DNA from: Armatimonadia bacterium
GTDB taxonomy: Bacteria; Armatimonadota; Zipacnadia; Zipacnadales; UBA11051
Reading direction: 5' to 3'
Assembly (NCBI GenBank): GCA_039683575.1
Contig: JBDKRC010000085.1
Span: forward strand, 1-11,745
Length of the DNA stretch: 11,745 bases
This document shows, in pieces, positions 1-6,869 of this stretch. A program made the position numbers and the translations under genes. Position 1 is the first letter of the stretch. Each line of letters starts with the position of its first letter. Under the pieces are notes generated by a model. It was not told the origin of the DNA. It saw only the letters and a list, made by a program, of their open reading frames with translations, and did not search any database.

Positions 1-33
1 GAGGCCGCGAATTCCTTGCCTATCACAACCAAC

Positions 34-73
34 GGAGGGGCCGAATGCGCAGACGGCGCGCCTTCGGCCCTCC
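34..73. repeat. GC-rich imperfect inverted repeat (stem-loop) upstream of the first CDS
   Basis: GGAGGGGCCGAA (34-45) pairs with TTCGGCCCTCC (63-73) with one bulged G. Inner GCGC (47-50) pairs with GCGC (56-59). There is no U-tract. Confidence 0.6.
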
Positions 74-97
74 AGAATGAAAGATGAGAGGGTTACG

Positions 98-1204
98 ATG
101 AGTCAGCTTCAGATTACTTCCCCCCGCGATGGCGACTATCTCAACCGCCACGACGGCCGCGTTGTCGGTCAGTGCCTGATGGTTCCGGTGACGGGCACCT
201 GCCCGGCCGGCGCTCAGGTCAGCGTCAACGGCCTCCCCGCGTTCGTCGCTGATGAGAGTTTCTCGGTTGAGGTGCCGCTGGCACACGGGCAGACGACGAT
301 CAGCGTGAGCGCCGGTCAGGCGAAGCAGCAGATCACGGTGCTCGCCGACGCCAGGAGCCGCAAGCGCTATCGCTACTCGATTGATGACAATGTCGAGTTC
401 CTGCACGATCTTGGCACCAATCCTGATGCCTACAAGTCACTCTTCGATCACTGGTACCTGCGCTTTTGGAAGGCCATGCATGACAAGTATGGCACCAAGG
501 TGCACATGAACACCTACTACGAGTTGAGCGATGGTAGCTGGAACACCACGCAGATGCCGGACAAGTGGCGCGGAGAGTGGGAGGATAACTCTGACTGGCT
601 GCACCTGAGCTTCCACGCGCGGCAGAACCTGCCCAACCGCATCTACAAGGACGCCGGGTACGACCGGGTGGCGGAGGACTATGAACTGGTTGTGGAACAG
701 ATCAAACGGTACGCCGGTGAGGCTGTACTGACCTCGGAGACCACGATTCACTGGGCGGAGGCGACGCTGCCGGGCTGCCAGGCTGTCAAGGACCGGGGCA
801 TAGACACGCTGATCGGTCTGTTCTGGGTCAAGAACGGCGAATGCACCACCAAATACTATCTGGACATTCCGCAGGCGGAGTACTGCAACACTCGCGATGC
901 GTGGCTTGACACCTCGACAGGCATTGCCTTCGTGACGTGCGACATGGTCGTCAACTCCCACCCGGCGGGTGAGGTGGTCCCGCTGCTGGAAAAGCAGGTA
1001 GCCAACCCGCACACCGGCGAGATGATCGAGCTACTCATCCACGAGCAGTATTTCCGAGAGGACATGCTGCTGGTGGAGAACAAGGCGCGGAACAACTACT
1101 TCCAGTACGACGTGTTCGAGAAGGTCGAAAACGGCATCAGGTGGCTGACCGAGCAGGGGTACGATCCGTGCTTCTGGTCGGAGGGGCTGCTGGGGTCGGT
1201 CTAG
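98..1204 (+). CDS. Hypothetical protein: N-terminal Ig-like domain plus polysaccharide deacetylase (NodB/CE4)-like domain
   Basis: Long ORF (77..1204). ATG at 98 is preferred because GAGAGGG (86-92) lies just upstream. The N-terminus ITSPRDGD...VTGT...VSVNG...FSVEVPL..GQTTISVSA is a typical bacterial Ig-like pattern. YSIDDN, HLSFHA and LLIHEQ resemble the NodB-type DD, His and LxH motifs. No signal peptide is visible. The function call is by motif resemblance only. Confidence 0.75.
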   Translation: MSQLQITSPRDGDYLNRHDGRVVGQCLMVPVTGTCPAGAQVSVNGLPAFVADESFSVEVPLAHGQTTISVSAGQAKQQITVLADARSRKRYRYSIDDNVEFLHDLGTNPDAYKSLFDHWYLRFWKAMHDKYGTKVHMNTYYELSDGSWNTTQMPDKWRGEWEDNSDWLHLSFHARQNLPNRIYKDAGYDRVAEDYELVVEQIKRYAGEAVLTSETTIHWAEATLPGCQAVKDRGIDTLIGLFWVKNGECTTKYYLDIPQAEYCNTRDAWLDTSTGIAFVTCDMVVNSHPAGEVVPLLEKQVANPHTGEMIELLIHEQYFREDMLLVENKARNNYFQYDVFEKVENGIRWLTEQGYDPCFWSEGLLGSV

Positions 1205-1218
1205 CCGAGTCTTTGGAG

Positions 1219-1256
1219 GGGCTGGATGGCCGCGGTCGTTTGGGGCCATCCAGCCC
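1219..1256. terminator. Perfect 13-bp inverted repeat between convergent genes; probable terminator or RNA-stabilising hairpin
   Basis: GGGCTGGATGGCC (1219-1231) / GGCCATCCAGCCC (1244-1256) with a 12-nt loop, between the stops at 1204 (+) and 1291 (-). There is no U-tract. Confidence 0.6.
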
Positions 1257-1290
1257 ACGGGTAGGGGCCTTGTCCTCCACGCAGTCTGTC

Positions 1291-1824
1291 TTACTTAAGG
1301 CACCCGATCTTGAAGGAGTCTCGATTGACTGCGACATGGTGTCCTGTCGGGCTCCAGTTCGGATAAGCCAGTTCGATGACATAGCCGCCGTTGGCAAACT
1401 TGGTGCGCACACTCGTGGACATGGCGCTACTGCGCCCCAGCACTTCGTAGCCGACGCCCTGGCTGTTGGTTGGCGACAACGGGCGGTAGGGGTTCCACGT
1501 GACCAGGGGCATGGCACCGCCGAGCAGCTTCAGCGTCACGGCGTAACCCGATCCGCCATCTACCCCGTTGGTTACCAGGCCACGAAACAGCACATAGAGA
1601 TTGGACTGGTTGGCACTGTTCACTTCGGGGCCGCTGAACGTCCATCTGGCCTTGGCACCCGGCTGGCGAATCCAGTCCCAATCAGCAATGCGACCACAGT
1701 TTGTGGGCGTGTACGCCGTAGCGGACAAAATGCGCGCCTGGGCGGCGAAAGCCCCGGTGCAAAGCACCGACAACAGGACTACGGCCACCAAAAACGAGCC
1801 CAGTATTACCCTATGTGTGTTCAC
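1291..1824 (-). CDS. Small secreted hypothetical protein (177 aa) with Sec signal peptide
   Basis: Lies within ORF 1291..1998. GTG at 1824 is preceded by GAGGAGG (1840-1834, 9-nt spacer). This start gives MNTHRVILGSFLVAVVLLSVLCTGAFA|AQ, with a basic n-region, hydrophobic core and AxA site. The mature part is rich in G/S/T/N/W. An alternative start exists at 1998. Confidence 0.75.
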   Translation of the reverse strand: MNTHRVILGSFLVAVVLLSVLCTGAFAAQARILSATAYTPTNCGRIADWDWIRQPGAKARWTFSGPEVNSANQSNLYVLFRGLVTNGVDGGSGYAVTLKLLGGAMPLVTWNPYRPLSPTNSQGVGYEVLGRSSAMSTSVRTKFANGGYVIELAYPNWSPTGHHVAVNRDSFKIGCLK

Positions 1825-2039
1825 GTTTCTCTGCCTCCTCGGGGAATATTTCATGCTGAAGACGTTGATGTTGCTGACGGCCACCCGATGTCCGCGGTCT
1901 CCCCATCCGGTGCGGCTGCGGCGGCAGCCTCCTTTCGTACGCAACGAGACCGCCCGGCTGGGTAACATGGTTCGTTCTGCATTAGTTGACGTTCGCATAC
2001 CATACTACTCCTTTGTTGGAGACAGGGAGATTCCGCCAA

Positions 2040-4028
2040 ATGTTTCGACGCATTTTCAATGCCATCATTGACGAGTTCGATACCGGGCAGTGCCACCGGG
2101 ATATCATGAACCACTGGCTCTGCCGGTGCACCGTGCCCGGGCCGGGCATGCGGAAGGCCGGGGAGATACTGAAGCGGCGGTACCTGGAAAATGGGGCCAC
2201 GTCCGCGGAAGTCATACCCTATCCGGCGGATGACCGCACCGAGTACCTGGACGGGGCGAAGAACCAGCTTGAGTGGCGGCCGTATGGCGCTTCTCTGACG
2301 CTGCTCGCTTCGGATGGCACCAGTGAGACCATCTGCCGCTATGATGATGAGCCGCTGTGCCTGACGTGCTATAGCGTGGCGACCCCGCCTGAGGGTGTGG
2401 AGGCCGACATCGTGCTGCAGCATGGGCCTCTGAAGCCCGATGACGTCGCGCAGGGGCAGTGGGCGGGCAAGATCGTCTTCACCGACCAGTTCCCCTCGAC
2501 GGTGGCGGCGGCGATCGGCAAGTCGGGCGCGGTCGGGATGGTGTCGGACTGCGTCAGCCCGCCGTGGTTGGTGCAGTACCCGCCCGTACGCGAGCCGCAG
2601 GATGTGCCGGACCTGACCATGTGGACGATCTTCGGCGGCCACCGCGACCAGCCGCAGATCTTTGGCTTCAACCTCAGCCCGCGGCAGGGCATGCGGCTAC
2701 GGAACATGCTGCGGCAGGCGGAGGCGGCCGGGACCGCGGCACCAAGGCTGCGGGCCATCGTGCAGGCCGAGACGCTCGAGGGCTCCTCGGACATGGTGAA
2801 CGCCACTCTCAAGGGCACGGAGAAGGCGGAAGAGGAGATCTGGGTGCTGGCTCACCTGTCTGAGCCGGGGTCGCGTGACAACGCTTCCGGGTGCTGCACG
2901 TCGCTGGAGATGCTGCGGACGCTGAAGGCTCTGACTGAGAGCGGAAAGCTGCCGCCACTGCGGCGTACGATTCGCTTCATGCACGGTGTGGAGGTCAGCG
3001 GGTTCCTGCCGTACGTCAACGAGCACAAGGCGGATCTGCCCAAGGTCGTGGCGGGATTGTGCTGCGACTCGATTGCGCAGGACTTTGGCATCTGTGGCGG
3101 CGAGATGGTGCTGTTTCGCGCGCCCGAGCAGAACGCGTCCTTCATTGACGGGCTGATGCAGACGCTGATGGACGCCGTGGCCAAGGAGCCAGCCAAGCGC
3201 TTCACCAGCAACAACTATGCCACTTATCCGTGGCATGTGGAGCCCTTCTTCGGCAACGATGCTTTCATCTCCGACGGTTTCTTCGACATCCCGGCGCCGC
3301 AGCTTACGGCGTGGGCAGACCGGTATTACCACAGCAACCTCGACACCCCCGATCAGATTGACGACAACACTCTGGGGCGCTCGGGGTCGCTATTGGCAGC
3401 GTACCTGTACATACTCGCCGCAGCCGGGCCGGCTGAGGCCCGGTGGCTCGGGGCGTTGGCCGCGCAGGACTTCAAGCAGCGGATCGCGCTGCGCTTGAAT
3501 GAGTTCGTGGTCGAGCACGGCCTGTCGCCGTTCGGCCCCGAGCAAGCGAAGCGGGCTGCCGACGAGTTGTGGCACCTGGGGCTGCAGGGGCAGGATGCTG
3601 TCAGGCAGGCCGCGCGGTTCGCCCCGCATGATGCCTCGGTGCAGGCGCATCTGGAGGCTCTGGCCAAGGGCGTGTCCGACGTGGCTGCCCATGAGGCCAC
3701 GGAGGTTCTGTGGCTGTTCGGGGACAATCCGCAGGCTGAGTACGAGCCCTTCTCCGTCTATTCCGACGCCGAGGGAGCGGGCCTGATTGTGCGGCGATTG
3801 CGGTGGCGGCCAGCGGCCTTTGAGGGGCTTGCCGAGCCTGTGAAGGCGACACTGGGGCAACTCAAGCTGGAAGGCCTGGACTGGACGCGCCTGTGGCCCT
3901 GGATCAATGGGCGCCGCAATGCCGCCGAGATCACGGAGCGGCTGCAGTTTGGCGGCAGCGTCTCGCTCGCAGAAGTCGTCAGGTGCCTGCACGCGCTGGT
4001 CGAGGCAGGATTGGTCGAGCCGGCGTAG
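2040..4028 (+). CDS. M28-type Zn-aminopeptidase-like protein (DUF4910-like) with PA-like insert and probable C-terminal winged-helix
   Basis: ATG at 2040 follows GGGAGA (2025-2030). Motifs AHLSEPGSRDNASG, RRTIRF..GVEVSG, CCDSI and DRYYHSNLDTPD fit M28 metal-ligand spacing. WAGKIVF...GAVGMVS is PA-like. The C-terminal WINGRRNAAEI...LVEAGLV resembles a winged helix. Confidence 0.8.
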   Translation: MFRRIFNAIIDEFDTGQCHRDIMNHWLCRCTVPGPGMRKAGEILKRRYLENGATSAEVIPYPADDRTEYLDGAKNQLEWRPYGASLTLLASDGTSETICRYDDEPLCLTCYSVATPPEGVEADIVLQHGPLKPDDVAQGQWAGKIVFTDQFPSTVAAAIGKSGAVGMVSDCVSPPWLVQYPPVREPQDVPDLTMWTIFGGHRDQPQIFGFNLSPRQGMRLRNMLRQAEAAGTAAPRLRAIVQAETLEGSSDMVNATLKGTEKAEEEIWVLAHLSEPGSRDNASGCCTSLEMLRTLKALTESGKLPPLRRTIRFMHGVEVSGFLPYVNEHKADLPKVVAGLCCDSIAQDFGICGGEMVLFRAPEQNASFIDGLMQTLMDAVAKEPAKRFTSNNYATYPWHVEPFFGNDAFISDGFFDIPAPQLTAWADRYYHSNLDTPDQIDDNTLGRSGSLLAAYLYILAAAGPAEARWLGALAAQDFKQRIALRLNEFVVEHGLSPFGPEQAKRAADELWHLGLQGQDAVRQAARFAPHDASVQAHLEALAKGVSDVAAHEATEVLWLFGDNPQAEYEPFSVYSDAEGAGLIVRRLRWRPAAFEGLAEPVKATLGQLKLEGLDWTRLWPWINGRRNAAEITERLQFGGSVSLAEVVRCLHALVEAGLVEPA

Positions 4029-4042
4029 CGGCCATGAATTGC

Positions 4043-4084
4043 GGCAGGGCGGGCGGCTTCCGCAAGTGAGCTGCCCGCCCTGCC
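4043..4084 (+). terminator. Strong 16-bp hairpin downstream of the M28-like gene
   Basis: GGCAGGGCGGGCGGCT (4043-4058) / AGCTGCCCGCCCTGCC (4069-4084) with one G-U pair on the + strand. It can be capped by C-GCAA-G (GNRA tetraloop). It starts 14 nt after the stop and has no clear U-tract. Confidence 0.65.
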
Positions 4085-4159
4085 AAGGTATTCCGGTTCA
4101 CGAGCTTGGTTGCTCGCTTGGGGAGCGCATCGACGAAACGAAGGCGCTTCCGTTCGCCC

Positions 4160-4178
4160 GCCCGGCTTGAAGCCGGGC
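4160..4178. repeat. REP-like 19-bp palindrome
   Basis: GCCCGGCTT-G-AAGCCGGGC has perfect 9-bp arms and is intergenic. Confidence 0.5.
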
Positions 4179-4307
4179 TCCGCTGGCGTTAGCTCGCGGC
4201 AAGGATGCCGCTCGTACAGCAGGCTGTGACACGCAGCATGGCCGGCATAGAGGGCATACGAGCCGACCCTCATTGCGTTCCCACACGTCCACTCATTAAG
4301 AGAGCAG

Positions 4308-5051
4308 ATGCCGACTTACAGCGCTACCGGGATAACTCTGTCGACCCACAAGTACGGCGACACCGGGCGGGTCGTGACCTTCTTCACGCTTGAGTGCGGG
4401 AAGGTTGAGGCCTCGGCCACGGGCATCGGCAAGCCCGGCAGCAAGCTGGCGGCCGCGGTGGAGCCGATGACGCTCTCGAAGCTATTCTTCACCGAGGGGC
4501 GCGGGATGGATCGGCTGTCGCAGGCTGAGGTCATCGAGTCGCATTACAACCTGCGCAACGATCTAATCGGGCTGGCTCATGCCAGCTACATGCTGGAACT
4601 TACCGAGGCTCTGACCGAACCGGGCCAGCCGCTGCCGGAGGTCTTCGAGGACCTGCGCGCGGCGCTGGCGGCGCTGGTCGGGGGCGCCGAGGCGGCGCTG
4701 GTGGCGGCGGCGTACACGATGCGGCTGATGGCGTCGCAGGGGATGGCACCGGAGCTGGAGGTCTGCCTCGAATGCGGTGCGCGGCTCGAGGGGCAGGCAG
4801 GCTATGCCCCGTCTAGCGGCGGGTTTGTGTGCAGAAAGTGCTCGCCGGAAAGCGGCGGGAGGATGCAGGTCTCGGGGGCGGCGCTGGGCTTTCTGCGCGG
4901 TCTGTTGACGGTGCCTTTCAACCGGCTGGGACGGGTGTCGGTGCGGCTGGAGACCCGGCGCGAGGTTGAGCAGGTGGTGTTGCTGCATTCGGACTACCAT
5001 GTGGGCGAGCAGCTCAAGAGCCGCAAGTTCCTGGATAAGCTGCGGCGGTAG
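4308..5051 (+). CDS. recO: DNA repair protein RecO
   Basis: 247 aa. OB-fold N-terminus (GITLSTHKYGDTGRVVTFFT..GKV.A.A.G..KPGSKL...EP), helical bundle, Zn finger CLEC...GGFVCRKC and C-terminal LKSRKFL are all characteristic of RecO. Confidence 0.95.
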   Translation: MPTYSATGITLSTHKYGDTGRVVTFFTLECGKVEASATGIGKPGSKLAAAVEPMTLSKLFFTEGRGMDRLSQAEVIESHYNLRNDLIGLAHASYMLELTEALTEPGQPLPEVFEDLRAALAALVGGAEAALVAAAYTMRLMASQGMAPELEVCLECGARLEGQAGYAPSSGGFVCRKCSPESGGRMQVSGAALGFLRGLLTVPFNRLGRVSVRLETRREVEQVVLLHSDYHVGEQLKSRKFLDKLRR

Positions 5052-5078
5052 GGTGGACGCTGGAAATGGGGATGCTTC

Positions 5079-6860
5079 ATGACTAATGCTGAGATCGCTC
5101 GCGTGCTTCAGGAGATCGCTGATCTTCTGAGCATCTGCAATGAGAATGTCTTCAAGATCCGCAGCTATGAGCGCGCCGCGGAGGCTGTGGGCGGGACTTC
5201 AGTGTCGGTTGAGGATCTCGCGTCGCGCGGAGAGCTTCAGACGCTGCCGGGGATTGGCAAGAGCATCGAGGAGGTCATCACCGAGCTCGTCACCGTCGGG
5301 GATTGCCAATACCGTCAGCAACTGCTGGCGCAGGCACCGGAGGGGTTGCTGGAGATGCTGCGCATCCCCGGCTTTGGGCCGAAGAAGGCGGGACTGGTCT
5401 ACCGGGAGCTGGGCATCGCGAGCATCACCGAACTCGAAGCCGCGGCGCGCGAGGGGCGGCTCAAGGGGCTGCCCGGGTTTGGCAGCAAGACCGAGACGAA
5501 GATTCTGGCCGGGCTGGAGCAGCTTAAGGCGGGGACGGAGCGGGCGTTGCTGGGCAGCGCCCTGCCACTGGCGGAGGCGCTGGTGGACGCGGTGCGGGGG
5601 CAAGCGGCCGTGATTGCCGCGGAGATGGCGGGGAGTGCACGGCGGCGGCGCGAAACGGTGGGGGATCTCGACATTTTGGCCACCAGCGCGGACCCCGCGG
5701 CCGTGTGCAAGTGGTTTGCCACGGCTGGGCAACTCGCCGAGGTTGAGCTTGCGGGCGAGACCAAGGTCAGTGGGCGCACCGTGTCGGGGCTGAAGGTTGA
5801 CTTACGGGTTCTGGCGCCGGAGTCCTTCGGCGCGGCCCTGCAGTATTTCACGGGGTCGCAGCAGCACAACATTCGTCTGCGGGAGCGCGCCCAGAAGCGC
5901 GGGCTGACCATCAGCGAGTATGGCGTCTTCGAGGGTGAGCCGGGCCAGAAGGGCCGGCAGGTGGCCGGGGAGACCGAGGAGAGCGTGTACGAGGCGGTGG
6001 GGTTGCCGTGGATCCCGCCGGAGTTGCGTGAGGACCGCGGCGAGATCGAGGCCGCCGAAGAGGGGCGTCTGCCGCGTCTCGTGGAGGTCGCTGACTTCCG
6101 CACCGACCTGCACCTGCACACTGAGGCCAGCGATGGGCACATGACGCTGGAGCAATTGGCCGAAACCGGCTGCGGCCTGGGCTATACCCATCTCGGCATT
6201 ACGAACCACTCACAGGCGCTTGTGATCGCCAATGGGCTCGACCGGGACGCGCTGCTGCGGCAGATCGAGCAGATCAGGAAGCTGAACGAGCACGCGCAGG
6301 GTTGTATGCTGCTGGCGGGGACCGAAGCCGATATCCTGATCGACGGCAGCCTGGACGTGCCTGAGGACGTGTGGCCGGAGCTGGATTTCGCCATCGGCTC
6401 CATCCACTCCGGTTTCTCCGGCGATGTAGACAAGATGACCAGCCGGGTGGTCAGGGCGCTCAAGTCGGGGCGCATTGACATCCTGGGGCACCCCACGGGA
6501 CGTCTGATCCTCGGCCGCAAGGGCTACGACCTCCATCTTGAGGAAGTCATCGCGGCGGCCGTCGAGCACCAGGTCGCCCTGGAGATCAACGCCAGTCCTT
6601 ACCGGCTCGACCTGTCCGATGTGAACGCCCGGCTCGCGGTGAGTAAGGGCGCCTTGCTCTCCATCAACACCGACGCCCACTACCGCGAGGAACTGCAGCT
6701 ACTCAAGTATGGTGTGATGACGGCCCGACGGGGCTGGGTCGAGGCGGAAAGCGTCATCAATACGTGGGAATTGGGCCGTTTGCGGGGTTGGCTGGCGGAA
6801 CGGAGGAAGAAGGAGAAGAGTCACAGTAAGACGAGCCGACGTGCTACCCATCCCCGCTGA
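5079..6860 (+). CDS. polX: DNA polymerase X / PHP 3'-5' exonuclease (PolX)
   Basis: 593 aa. MTNAEIA..L.EIADLL start, HhH motifs (LPGIGKS, IPGFGPKK, LPGFGSKT), AGS.RR.RETVGDLDIL and VDLR (three catalytic Asp present), YFTGS..HN, IPPELRE. PHP domain motifs: DLHLHT..SDG, GTEADI, SIHS, GHPTGR, EINA, NTDAH. Confidence 0.96.
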   Translation: MTNAEIARVLQEIADLLSICNENVFKIRSYERAAEAVGGTSVSVEDLASRGELQTLPGIGKSIEEVITELVTVGDCQYRQQLLAQAPEGLLEMLRIPGFGPKKAGLVYRELGIASITELEAAAREGRLKGLPGFGSKTETKILAGLEQLKAGTERALLGSALPLAEALVDAVRGQAAVIAAEMAGSARRRRETVGDLDILATSADPAAVCKWFATAGQLAEVELAGETKVSGRTVSGLKVDLRVLAPESFGAALQYFTGSQQHNIRLRERAQKRGLTISEYGVFEGEPGQKGRQVAGETEESVYEAVGLPWIPPELREDRGEIEAAEEGRLPRLVEVADFRTDLHLHTEASDGHMTLEQLAETGCGLGYTHLGITNHSQALVIANGLDRDALLRQIEQIRKLNEHAQGCMLLAGTEADILIDGSLDVPEDVWPELDFAIGSIHSGFSGDVDKMTSRVVRALKSGRIDILGHPTGRLILGRKGYDLHLEEVIAAAVEHQVALEINASPYRLDLSDVNARLAVSKGALLSINTDAHYREELQLLKYGVMTARRGWVEAESVINTWELGRLRGWLAERRKKEKSHSKTSRRATHPR

Positions 6861-6869
6861 GGTCCCTAC

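Noticed and set aside
1141..1965. 274-aa plus-strand ORF (and 1601..2071)
   Set aside because: It overlaps the better-supported minus-strand secreted protein and crosses the terminator-like hairpin. It has no motifs or convincing SD.
1986..2039. TTG start and TTGACG -35 for the M28-like gene
   Set aside because: ATG 2040 has the better SD. No acceptable -10 lies 16-18 nt after TTGACG.
3758..4393. Small ORFs across the spacer upstream of recO (3758..4273, 4098..4292, 4205..4393)
   Set aside because: They run through strong hairpins or overlap real genes, have low-information Arg/Ala/Pro-rich sequence, and lack a convincing SD.
6800..6860. Basic C-terminal tail of PolX as evidence of frameshift or read-through
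   Set aside because: The ORF is intact and ends 9 bp before the next gene. Variable basic tails are common.
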